A stretch of 64,000 nucleotides of DNA from assembly GCF_009914755.1 (NCBI RefSeq), contig NC_060925.1; one strand, 5' to 3'. Made by a program: the position numbers and the translations under genes. Source of the stretch: the human T2T-CHM13v2.0 reference genome, Homo sapiens. Positions 1 to 13,220 of the stretch are shown piece after piece. Position 1 is the stretch's first letter. The number at the start of each line of letters is the position of its first letter. The notes beneath the pieces were generated by a model, which saw nothing but the letters and a program-made list of their open reading frames with translations, did not search any database and was not told the DNA's origin.

Positions 1-370
1 CAGAAAACAAAACACAAACTCCCCAAAACAATAGAGGGAGTTTACTGACCAACGGAACTAAAAAGTTCCAGATGTGGGCTTCAGGAGTGGTTTGATCAGG
101 GTGTCAGGTTCACTTCTTGATAGTTTTCTCTACTATACCCACCTTCATGTATTGATTTTGGTCTCAGGCTGGCTTTATTCATGGTGATAAAGTGGCTGCA
201 TTAAGTTTCAGTTCAAGATCCTTATCCCAACCATTCAGAAAGACAGAGACATCTACGTCACAGAATTCTCAGCAAAAATCCTAGAGTTTGTACTGATTGA
301 ACCAGTTACTGTGGCAAGAGGAATGTGATTCCCTGAGTATCTTAGACAAATCATGTCCCACCTAGTTTTT
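1..370 (-). mobile_element. MLT1J/K-like MaLR LTR fragment
   Basis: Resembles reverse-complement MLT1J/K (cagaaaac...aactaaaaagttccaga...gcttcagg...ctcagcaaaaatcc...actgtggcaagaggaatg...atcatgtcccacc). Confidence 0.65.
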
Positions 371-439
371 TGGATGGTCACTCTCAATGAATTCTCAAGG
401 CTGTACATAATGGAGTACTGAAAAACATGAATTTTAGTA

Positions 440-729
440 TTCTTCTCTCCCTCCCTTCCTTCCTTTCCTTCCCTTCCTTCCCTTCTTTCCTCCCTCTCCT
501 CCCCTCCACTTCCCCTTCCCCTTCCTTCCTTCCTTCTCCTTTTCCCTTCCCCTTCCTTCTTCCTCCCCTTCCGCTTCCCCTTCCCCCTCCCCTTCCTCTC
601 CCCTTCCCTCCCCTTCCCCTTCCTTTCTTCCTTCTCCCTTTCCCTTCTCCTTCCTTCTTTCTCCCCTTCCCCTTCCCCTTCCCCCTCCCCTCCCCTCCCC
701 TTCCCTTCCTTCTTTCCTCTCTTCCTTTC
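440..729. repeat. CT-rich polypyrimidine low-complexity tract
   Basis: 290 nt of C/T with only two purines (A508, G573). Confidence 0.95.
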
Positions 730-751
730 ACAAATTATATACAGTTATTAT

Positions 752-1045
<294 letters not shown>

Positions 1046-1213
1046 TGTATACAGTTATTATAAGTCAGACTCTGTACTAGGTGTTGAGTGCATATATGAG
1101 ATTAGGACAAGATTGCAATCTCAAGCTGTTGAGAATCCTACTTAAAAGGATTTTGAAAATTATCCAGAAGGCAATGAGGAACCATAATGGGATTGTAAGA
1201 AGGTGAATGACTA

Positions 1214-1690
1214 TGTTAATTATCTATTGCCGCGTAACACACAACCTCAGAATTTAACATCTTAAAACAACAAACATTATCTCACAGTCTCTGTGGTGCA
1301 GGGATCTGGGCAGAGCTTACCTGGGTGCCTGAAGCTCCAGGTCTCTCACGTGGCTGCAACAGAGGCAGTAGCCAGGACTGTGGTCATCTCAGGGCTGACT
1401 CTGGGAGCATCTACTTTGCAGTCTACACAGGTGGTCTCTCCACAGTGCTGTCTTGCAACATGGCACCTGGCTGATCCGATGATGAGCAATCCAAGAGCTT
1501 GAGAAAGAGCACGTGAACGGAAGCCACAGTCTTTTATAATCTAGTATTGGAAGGAAATCCCATCTTTTCTGGAATGTTCTATTTGACACAAGGGAGGCAA
1601 TATGTCCAGCCTGCACTCAAGGAGAGGAAATTATACAGAAGTATGCAAGCAGGAGGTGAGCATTGTTGGGACCATCAGAAAGTCTGCTTG
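1214..1690 (-). mobile_element. MLT1F-like MaLR LTR
   Basis: tatctattgccgcgtaaca...cttaaaacaacaaacattatctcacag...ggaagccacagtcttttataatctag...cactcaaggagagg. Confidence 0.75.
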
Positions 1691-1842
1691 AAAATAAAAT
1701 AAAGCAACGATTTACCTGCAGCTCAACATTGCAGAGTGATGCCAGCACCAATGTCATAGCCTGCAATGGCATAATAAGGGCAATGATTAGTAAGGGAGGG
1801 TTTAGGGGTTGAAAGGAGAAAATCTTGTTGGACTGGACGGAC

Positions 1843-2175
1843 TCATTTATTCATTCAACAAACATTTGCTGAGTTCCCACTGTGGACCGGGACTGTGCTA
1901 GGTGCTGGGGATGCTGCCACAACTGAGACAGATCCCCCGTGTCTCCTCTTGTGAACATCAGTGTGTGGGAAGAAAGGTTGAATGAGTGGTCATGTACTCC
2001 TTGAATGTCAAAGAAAAGGGCAAGGGTTAAGTCTGTGAATAACACACCTCTATCCTTCCAAATGGGTCTGGGGGATTCAGGGAAGGCTTCCTGGAAGAAG
2101 GCACATTTCAACTGAGCCCTGATGGATGAGGAGGAGTCAGGGGAAGGGTTGGACGGAGAGCATTCCAGGGGGAGT
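1843..2175 (-). mobile_element. L2 3' end
   Basis: ttcattcaacaaacatttgctgag...ctgtgctaggtgctgggga...cagggaaggcttcctggaaga. Confidence 0.8.
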
Positions 2176-2293
2176 GTCAGTTTAGGCCCCCTTGGGGGTG
2201 GGTCTCCCTCCTCCACTTATCCACACCCCTTTCTCCATCTCTGTTTCTTCTCCTGGCTCAATCTTGGCCCCACCACTGCCCATGTTTGGCCTG

Positions 2294-2962
<669 letters not shown>

Positions 2963-3004
2963 TCCTGCCATGCCATCTGTCATTCAAATGCCTGTTCCTC
3001 TTTG

Positions 3005-3300
3005 TCCTTCAGGTCTCAGCTTGAAGGTCACTTCTCAGAGAGAATTTCCCTGTCCCCACATTCTAAGGTGGTGTCTGTCTAACCCCCACTGTGAGTCAAT
3101 CCCCATAGTGTCACCTAGTTTTCCTTTCTTCCCTGCACCTGTCTCTACCGGGAACAGTCTTGTTGATGCATTGTTTACCTGTGTCTTCCTCTCCACTCCA
3201 TAATGTCTGCTCCTGAGGGCAAGAACCTTGTCTGTTCATTGCTGCACCCCTAGGCCTGCACACAGTAGGGCCTCAGTGAACCTTGGTGGAATGAATGAGC
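3005..3300 (+). mobile_element. L2 3' fragment
   Basis: ccttcaggtctcagctt...ctcctgagggcaagaaccttgtctgttc...cacagtaggg...gaatgaatgag. Confidence 0.75.
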
Positions 3301-3358
3301 CTTCCTGAAGATCCCAGCTTCTCTCTTTGAGGCCTCTGACAGGAGAGACACTTGGGCG

Positions 3359-3699
3359 TGCCATGAATTCAATGCTTGTGTTCCCCCAAAATTCTTATGT
3401 TGAAACCTCATCCCCAAGGAGATGGTATTTGGATGTGGGACATTTGGAAGTGACCCAAAGGTTGAATCCTCATGGAAGGGATTAGTGTCCTTATAACAGT
3501 GGCTCCCAAGAGCTCTCTGGGCCCTTCTGCCATGTGAGGACACAGGGAGAAGGGCCACCTCTGAACCAGAAGCAGGTCATTACCAAACCCTAAGTCCCAA
3601 CTGGCACTTTTCAGCCCCAAGAACTGTGAGAAGTGCATGTTTGTCGTTTAAGCCCCAGTCTATGGTATTTTGCTATGGCAGCCCAAACAGGCTATGACA
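3359..3699 (+). mobile_element. MLT1A-type MaLR LTR
   Basis: tg...cccccaaaattcttatgttgaaacct...ccatgtgaggacacag...cagtctatggtattttgctatggcagccc...gaca. Confidence 0.85.
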
Positions 3700-4576
3700 G
3701 ATGGCTACCCCAGGGTGACCGGCGTCCTGAGCAGTGTTAAGCCCCCAGCAGGGTGACTCCACCCCACCCAGACCCTCCCCTTGGCTGCCCACGCTGGCCT
3801 TCCCTACGGGGCAGCACGAGGAGCTCAGAGCTCCAGGCTGGACCCAGCCAGGCCGCTCCCGTGTGAGGCTTTATGGCTCCTCTCCGGGTTCCTGATATCA
3901 GACACATTTTGAGAGTTTGGAGAAGGAGCATTAAAGCCAGTCAAGTGGATAATTCATATTTTTTAAAAATGGGCCAAACATGGGTTTACACAATGGCCTA
4001 TGACAAACGCAGCTTCAGGGGATGATCTCGCAGGAAACGTCCATTTTTCCAAAGGGCACCACCGCCCTGGGAGAAATAATGAGTGCTTTTTTGGGATTCT
4101 GATCATTCCCAGGTGCTGACAGGCCAAAGCGCCGAGAACGGCTGAGGCTCAGTGCTCACGCGTGCACCCAGCAGAGTCTATTCTTGGGTGTCTCGGCTAA
4201 GCATCCAGCTCCCGGGTTGGCCTGTCCTGTCCAGGGTACAACCTGGCAGTTCCTGCCTCCCTCCTGCTGACATGTGCCCCATCTCCACTGAGGTCTCTGT
4301 GACAGCTCCTAGGCGATCCCACCTCTTGTCACCCCTGGACGCTCAGCACCTGGTCTGCTGCCAGCTCAGAGAAGACAACAGAGGCTATGGAGCCAGACAG
4401 ACCAGGGTGTGAGACCTTGTTCAGGAAGAGGTGACGAAGGACCAGCTGCATTGCTGCTCGGCTCTGCAGGGATGCTACCAGGGGCATGTGTACGTGTGAA
4501 GCAATTGGATGGCTGCTGTTTTAGATACAGGCTTCATGGCTGGGGACTGTATGGCTTCCCAAAGTCCCCACTAAAG

Positions 4577-5084
4577 CAATAGTGCTCAGTCTTTTTGGCA
4601 CCAGGGACCGGTTTGTGGAAGACAATTTTTCCACAGACGGGGGTGGGGAGTTTGGTTCTGGGATGATTCAAGTGCATTACATTTATTGTGCACTTTATTT
4701 CTTCTATTAGTACATTATAATATATAATGAAATAATTATATAACTCACCATAATGTAGAATCAGTGGGAGCCCTGAGCTTGTTTTCCTACAACTAGATGG
4801 CCCCATCTGGGGGTGATGGGAGACAGTGGCAGATCATCAGGCACTAGATTCTCATAAGAAGTGCACAACCTAGATCCCTCACTCCTGTAGTTCACAGTAG
4901 GGTTTGCACTCCTATGAGAATCTAATGCCACCATTGATCTAACAGGAGGTGGAGCTCAGGCAGTAATGTGAACAATGGGGAGCAGCTGTAAATACAGATG
5001 GAGCCTCTCTCACTCATGCTTGCCCACCACTCACCTCCTGCTATGTGGCTGTTACTAATGTGGCCTGGGGTTTGGGGGCCCCTG
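4577..5084. mobile_element. MER1A hAT-Charlie DNA transposon
   Basis: MER1A body (ggcaccagggaccggtttgtggaagacaatttttccac...); perfect 8-bp TSD cactaaag at 4569-4576 and 5085-5092. Confidence 0.93.
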
Positions 5085-5639
5085 CACTAAAGGACATCAC
5101 AAGAGGCTCATGGCTCTCATTCATGCCCCTGCGCTGGTCCTGCCTTCCCAGTCCCTGGCAGGCCCAGTGCCCAGGGCTCCCTCTCCAGCATCCTGGCATG
5201 CTAGTCTCCTGGCATCCCATCACTAGCTCAGAGCTTGGATCCTGGCCCTACAGCCTCCCTGGTCTGGGGCCACAGGATCCTACGCAAGCTCAATTGTTCT
5301 GGCTGTTGGTCCTGCCTGACCTGGGCCCCATCCTTCTGCACTGCCTCCATCTTAAACCAAATCCCATCAAACTCTATGGAACCCTGCAGTAGCCCCAATA
5401 TGTTCCCCATTAATTCTCACCCCATTTCCTGTCCCTCCTCCATGGCAGGCAGGGACATCTTAGCAAACTTTGGATCCAAACTAAGCCCTGCTCCTGTTTT
5501 AAATTCCTAGTGTTTTAAAACAAAATCTGAATTCCTCATCATGGAGTGAAAACCACGGCACTGGCAGGGAGCAGATGGCCCACGTGGGAAGAACTGAAAG
5601 GAGTGGAATGGAGGGAGGGTTCTCCAAGGTGTGGCAGGC

Positions 5640-6005
5640 ATACAGGAAGCCAGCAGGGATGGTGAGACCCCTGGGGCCAGCAACAGTGGGAGGCTGTTTT
5701 AATCTTAGTACTGAAGGGACCAAAGGAGGAAGCTGTCACCAGACCCCAGAGAGAACTGCAGCCTTGGGAAAGGAGCCATGTGATGGAGCTGGGGCCATGG
5801 GAGAGAAATGCAGCCATTGCTGCTGTGGCTCAGAGGGAGGGAGCCGGGAAATAAGCACTCGTCCTCTCTCTACTCCCGTACCTTGGTCTCCTCTGGTGCT
5901 TCCAGAACGCACAGAAGCTGGGGCACAGGAGGGCACAAGAGCCGTCCATGCAAGTCAGTCTTCTGGCAGGAGGCTGAGGATGGGTCTGGAGGGCACTCAG
6001 AGGAT
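5640..6005 (-). mobile_element. LTR33-like ERVL LTR fragment
   Basis: gatggtgagacc...agcaacagtgggagg...gaagggaccaaaggagga...ggagctggggccatgg...gcagccattgc...gggaaataa. Confidence 0.55.
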
Positions 6006-6044
6006 GGCAGCACATGTAGCCCCAAGGCCCACCGGATCTGTCCC

Positions 6045-6900
6045 TGCCTGCCCCTCTGACCTTATCTCCTGCCCTCTGCCTTTCTTACTGTTTCCACTAC
6101 ACTGACCTCTGCTCAGTAATATGGTTTGGGTGTGTGACCCCACCCAAATCTCCTGTTGAATTGTAATCCCCAGTGTTGGAAGTGGTGCCTGGTGGGAGGT
6201 GATTGGATCATGAGGGTAGTTCTCATGAATGGTTTAGTACCACCCCCCTTGGTACTGTATAGTGAGTGAGTTCTCAGGAGATCTGGTTGTTTGAAAGTGT
6301 GTAGCAACTCCCGCCTTGCCCTCTCCTCCTCCAGCTCTGGCCATGTAAGATGCGCCCGCTTCCCCTTTGCCTTCTGCCATGATTGTAAGTTTCCTGAGGC
6401 CTCCCCAGAAGCAGAAGCCTCCATGCTTCCTGTACAGCCTGTGGAACCGTGAGCCAATTAAACCTTTTTTCTTTATAAATTACCCAGCCTCAAGTATTTC
6501 TTTATAGCAATGTAAGAACAGGCTAACACACTCAGTTTCTCAAATGCATGGAATCCATTCCTGCCACAGGGCCTTTGCACCTGCCTTTTCCTCTCCCTGG
6601 GAGGCTCTTCTTCCTCATCCTCTCACGGCATTGAGATCTCAGCACAAATGTCACTTCCTCCTAGTGGCTCTGCAGACACCCATCCAGCTGTGTCCCCACA
6701 TCCCCCACTATCACTTCTGTCACATTGTGCTCCTTTATTTGCATGTAGCATGGATCTCCATCTGATATTTGTGATTTACTTCTTTGTCCAGGTTACAATG
6801 TCAGCCTCCCCCTGTCCCCAAGGCAGGGGCCGTGCCTTGATTATTCCCCTCTACATTCCTCAGCACCAACAGGACACACCAGCTGCTTAAAGATTGCTTG
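6045..6900 (+). mobile_element. L2 fragment interrupted by an MST LTR
   Basis: ctctgaccttatctcctgcc...|...cagggcctttgcacctgc...agatctcagcacaaatgtcactt. Confidence 0.65.
6117..6530 (+). mobile_element. MSTA-type MaLR solo LTR
   Basis: t(a)atatggtttgg...gagccaattaaacc...ctaacaca; perfect 5-bp TSD ctcag at 6112-6116 and 6531-6535. Confidence 0.92.
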
Positions 6901-6924
6901 TAGAGTGACTCTGTGATCACAGGC

Positions 6925-7140
6925 AGTAGGTCAGTGTTATGAGCCCAGCCTCTGAAGCAACACTGAGTTTGAAACCTGGCTTTGACATTGGGCAAATAAC
7001 TCAACTCCTGTGGGTCTCAGCTTCCTCCTCTTTGAAATGGGGACAATAACTATGGAATTAAATGAGTAAACGTGGGAAACATTTCCACACCTGGCTCCTA
7101 GCAGGTGCTAATGAAGCACTTACTATTATTCTTGTTGTTG
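6925..7140 (+). mobile_element. MIR SINE
   Basis: gggcaaataactcaac...tctcagcttcctcctctttgaaatggggacaata core. Confidence 0.75.
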
Positions 7141-7791
7141 ATGTTGGGGAGCATCAAGCCCCCAGGAAGGGCTCCCTCCTTTAATTCCATGGGGGCTGAG
7201 CTGCTGCTTCTCTCCTGAGACTCTAGTCTGTGTCTCCTTCAGCCCCTCAAGCATGCTCTGACCACCCACCATTCCCACTCAATGCTTTCCCTTCCTCTCC
7301 CCTCCTCCACAAATGCCTCCTCAGTTCAACCGTCACCTCCTCAGGGAAGCCTCCCAGGATCTCACCTGGGACCAGATCAAACCAAGTTATCCATCTCCTC
7401 CCTGGCTGCCTGCTGGGGTAATTCATTTCACTGTAATTAACAAGACAGTGTCTGAGTCCCCCTGCCAGGATCCGTTTGTCTGGTTTCCTGCTGTAGTCCC
7501 AATGCCTGGCTCTTTTTGGCATTCAATCAATATTGCAACTTCCTGGCCTCTGAGTCCTTCCAGGTCCCCACTCCCCCACTCCAGCCAGGTGTTCAGCTCC
7601 TTTTGTGGGTCAGGCTTATCTATGATGGAGGTGGAGGAGTTCCTGAGCAGGAGGGCTAGCAGGCTTTTGGCTCAGGGTCAAGATGCCTCCTCACAGCTGG
7701 TAACACAGCCTGGGCCTGCCTGGCCCTGCCTAGTTACTGGCCTGGCTTCCATCCCCTGGTTACGCTGACCTTTTTGTCCAAGCCTCAGTTT

Positions 7792-7858
7792 CCCCCTCCC
7801 TCCTTCCCTCCTTCCCTCCCTCCCTCCCTCCTTCCCTCCCTCCCTCCCTCCTTCCCTC
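7792..7858. repeat. (CCCT/CCTT)n microsatellite
   Basis: Direct reading. Confidence 0.9.
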
Positions 7859-7959
7859 AGCATTTACTGAGCCCCTCCTCTGGACTGGACACTGAGGCTG
7901 TAATTTGCTACTCTTGACCTCAGGGCCTCTCAGCCTCCTAGAGGTGGGAAGTGCTGTGA

Positions 7960-8230
7960 GAGTATTGAGAAGGGGACACAGAAGGAAAGCCAGGGAGGCC
8001 CTAACCCAGCCTCCTGGGTTTCTGGGGAGTGGTCAGGGAAGGCTTCCCAGGAGAGGCATCCCCTGAGCTGAGTTTTGAAGGATACAAAAGAGCTGGCCAG
8101 GGGAATTTGAGGGAGAAGCATTCCTGGTGGAGAACAGTGCACACCTGTGTATCCCGTGGTGAGAGAAAGGTGGGTACCTTCTGGGAGCCCCATAGCAGAC
8201 AGGTGGGGAGATGTGGAGGGAGGTGAAACT
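7960..8230 (-). mobile_element. L2 fragment
   Basis: ggtcagggaaggcttcccaggagagg...gagctgagttttgaagga...agcattcctgg. Confidence 0.7.
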
Positions 8231-8241
8231 AGAGACTCAGT

Positions 8242-8704
8242 GTGGCAGATTGCAACAGGGCCACAAATTCCTCCTACCTCTGAAGCCATGCCCTTTGCTC
8301 TAGGACGTTGCTGTTTCTCCACACCTTGAATCTGGACTTGGCCTGGCTGACTTGCTTTTGCAAAAAGGGGCATCAATAAACACAAACAGCAGGTTGAAAA
8401 GCCCTAGCCCTTTCCAGTACTGGGAACGCTGCAGGCACCACCACGTGGATAAGTCTGAGCTGGTCTCTTGGAGGATGAGAGACCATGTGGAGTGAGGCCT
8501 CAGCCATCAAGTCCTCCCCGCTGTCCCAGCTGAGACCCAGACAGGTGAATGAGGCCACCTGAGACCATCCAGCCCCAGTAGAGCCTGTCGAGACAGGAAG
8601 AACTGCCCAACCAACCCATGGAATCATGAGACATAATAAACGTTTGCTGGTGGAAGCCACTGTATTTTGGGATGGTCTGTTATGCAGCAGAAGCTAACTG
8701 ATAC
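8242..8704 (+). mobile_element. MLT1G/H-like MaLR LTR
   Basis: tgtggcaga...ggccacaaattcctcc...ggaggatgagagaccatgtgga...aataaa...tgttatgcagcagaagctaactgatac. Confidence 0.8.
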
Positions 8705-8779
8705 GTGGGAGGATGGACTCCATCAGTGAGGGGTCTTTTGTGCTTGGCTGGGGAGTCTGAAGTTTATCACTGTGACTAT

Positions 8780-8980
8780 GAGAATAGACTGTGGGACACA
8801 GGATGAAATCCTGGCTCTGCCACTTATTCACTGCGGGACCTTGGGAAGTTCACTTTACCTTTCTGTATCTCTCATTTTTCATAAGCTACAGAGGGACAAA
8901 AATACCTCGAAGGACACTAAGAGTAGTGCATGTGTAAACAAACACGAAGTGCTGAGAGTATTACCTGGCACATGGTAACA
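8780..8980 (+). mobile_element. MIR SINE
   Basis: aatcctggctctgccactta...accttgggaagttcactt...cctggcacatggtaa. Confidence 0.75.
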
Positions 8981-9112
8981 GCCCAGGAAATCTGCCTTTG
9001 TATCATCAAATTCATGTTGTGACATCCCCCCTCGAGCTTGGCTTGCATCGGCTGACTCAGCACGCCGCTCTTGACTGACATGACACCTGACCTGGGCTTT
9101 TGTCTCTGCCGA

Positions 9113-9218
9113 TAGGGTGTCCAACCACCCCAGTGTGCCCAGGACTGTCCTGGTTTTAGCACTCATAGTCCCCTGCCCCAGGAAGTCCCCTGGTAGTCCC
9201 AGGTACTTGGTCACTCTA
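9113..9218. mobile_element. MER81 (hAT-Blackjack) MITE
   Basis: TIRs tagggtgtccaacc / ttggtcactcta; core gactgtcctggttttagcact. Confidence 0.85.
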
Positions 9219-10359
9219 CCTGCCAGGCAACCCCTAGGTCTAAAGAAATTTCCAGTCCCAGCCCACCCAACTGCCCTAAGACGGCAGAGTCTCCTCTCCC
9301 TCACATGGCTGAGACCCTCTTGGTTTTAAAATAAGAAACACGTGCAACATGCACAGGGCTCTGAAGGAACAGCATTCTGCATGCACGTGAGGCAGTAGCC
9401 ATATTGTTAGGTTGTTCTCAAAACACCTGGGGGCCTTTGGGTAATGACTGTGTCTAAATGGGGCATTGGAGCAATTGTCAATGACACCAGTGTTTCTACG
9501 ACAGGCTGTTTGGCTTTATGAGAAGTTAATAAAGCATTGAGCCGACTCCTGCAATGAACACCTCCTGGTCTGTTCTCAGACAGAGGCATCAAGACCCTTT
9601 GTTTTTGCCTCCCCCACGCCAGCTTCAGAGCTTGGGGATTCCAAGGCCTGGGGGCTGGTCCCTCTTGGGGACTTGAGAAAGGGGAATGTAGGGGTTACTA
9701 GTGCCCCTGGGAGGAGTGAGGTGAGTGATGTGAGAAACAGGGGATGTGATTATGTCACGTCTTTATAAAGGATTCCCCACATCTCTCTAGTATTTGTGTT
9801 TAAAGGGGGTTAGAGACAGACCTGTTCTGACAGCCCAAAGGAAGTCTCCCCCCTGGAGGTTCAGGGGAGAGCACAGAATAGGCTGCAGAGCCTGCTCTGG
9901 TCTGAACTAAAAGGTAAAAGGGACTGAGAGGCTCAGAATGGACATGGCCCCCTTTTCCAGGGCAGGAGGCCCACCAGGCCACCTGGCTGGCCCCTGTGAC
10001 CTCCTAGAAGATGAGCCTGGAATGACCCGTGTGTGCAGATGTCCTGAGGAGGCACACAGGCCAAAAGCTGGGATGATAATAGCAGACCAGGAGCACTAAC
10101 AGCCAGACCCCTTCATTAGATGCCAGCCACGAGGGTGTGCCACACAGAGCAGGCCACACTGGCAGTCTTCCCCTTCATCAGGTGCCCTTTGCCCGAAGCC
10201 CTGGGGGAGGGGCAACACTGCTCCCTAGGTGGCATCTTGCTGCCCCCAGCCCACCACCTGCACCAGGGCCAAGGGGGCACCATCTCTGCCTACGTGTGAC
10301 CCATCCACAGCACCAGGGCTGGGCAGTGCTGGGGGCAGGGAGGTGAAGAGGATAGGCAG

Positions 10360-10550
10360 GCCACACGGCAGCCTGGCTGGGTGTGAATCCTAGTAATTTC
10401 CTGACCAGCTGTGTGGCCTCGGGGAAGTAACTCCGTTTCTTGTTCGTCAGTTTCCTCATCTGTGAAATGGGAACAATCACGGTCCCACTCATCAGAGGAT
10501 ACTGTGAGGATAAAATGTATTGACACCAGTAAGGAGCTATGAGCAGGTGA
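10360..10550 (+). mobile_element. MIR SINE
   Basis: gctgtgtggcctcggggaagtaa...cagtttcctcatctgtgaaatggg...gtgaggataaaatg. Confidence 0.8.
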
Positions 10551-10852
10551 GTCCCCCTTAACCCTTCAGATAAGAGGCTGGGAAGGAAAACGATCTGACA
10601 AACTCATTCTTGCTGACAGACAGTGCAATAATAAACTTCATCTGTTGGTGTAAAGAGCTGGAAAGCCCTGTGTCCATTTTTGCCATGTGGCACTATCCTC
10701 CCTCTGGCCATAATCATTACATTACTTTCACATGCAAATATCCTCAGGATCTCCCAAATCTCACCCAATTACAGCATAAGCCAGGATGTCCTGGATCTCA
10801 TGATCAAATCAGGTCCTTAGGTGGCTGAGGATCCCTGAGCATGACTCTCTCA

Positions 10853-11828
<976 letters not shown>

Positions 11829-12286
11829 GACATTTTGACCATTCTTTCTGAAAATCGTTTTGCCAAGGTCTGCGGGTTCATTCCACATACTTTCCATCTT
11901 CCAAAGTACTGTCCATTGCTCTGCAACTACATCACATGAGTCTTTATTTTTCAAACTTGCTGTAGGAGCTTCCTCTCTGCCTTTCCCACCTCCCCTAACA
12001 GTTTTCTTACCATTTTTTCTCTAGGCTTTGCTCACAGATTTCTTGCCATGTTTCTATCTGTGCGCAGTGCCAATTTTCCTTCATTCTATTGATCAACCGA
12101 GTCACAAGGTCAGCCTGTGTTTCAGGTGAGTGGCGGCTGCCACCTGAGGAGAAGAGCCACCAATGACTATGGCTGGATCTGCCCTTTTCATACCCAAGGA
12201 ATCCATGGTCAACACTGCTCAGCGCATTTTAAAAAAATTTGATGCATCAAGCGCTGATTGCCATCAATGTGTCTTGCAGCTCCTGA

Positions 12287-12629
<343 letters not shown>

Positions 12630-13039
12630 TGGAGGTTGTTTTTAGCCATGCGAGGCTAAAAATCACTGAGCTGCAGAGACCTGGACACCAGGTTCCAGAC
12701 CCCAGTCTCCTAGTGGGTTGAGGGGTATTCCAACGGGAGTCACTGCTTCTCCCTTCTTCACCTTTGAGCATGCACTCATTGAGTACTTGGAGCCAGGAAT
12801 CCTGTTAGTCATAGGTGGAAAGAAAAACTAAGTTGTGGTTCCGACTTGCCAAAGATTGTGGCAGAAAGTGGTAGTTTCAATTCAATTGTAGCCTCAGGGA
12901 CACAACCTATTTTTCCTCCCGTGCCTGTTTTACTTTTAATTTTTAAATACAACTGCTATCCATTATCCTACTCACTGAAATTAACAATAAGTCCTGAGTA
13001 TCTGCAAGTATGCAGACAATATTCAATTTTCCTATGGTT

Positions 13040-13220
13040 TCATAGACGTTTTGTTTTTGTCTTTGTTTCATAATTTGTTTGACTAAGGATTCAAATGGAT
13101 TTGACACATGTGATTGGTTGATAAATCTATGTCTCTTTAAATTGAGAGTTTCTCCTTCACGCTTTATGTGCTCTTACAATTTATTTGCAGAAGAAACTGG
13201 GTCGTTTGTTCTATAATTTT
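13040..13220 (-). mobile_element. L1MC-like 3' fragment
   Basis: ggattcaaat...gattggttgata...gtctcttt...atttatttgcagaagaaactgggtcgtttgttctata. Confidence 0.6.
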
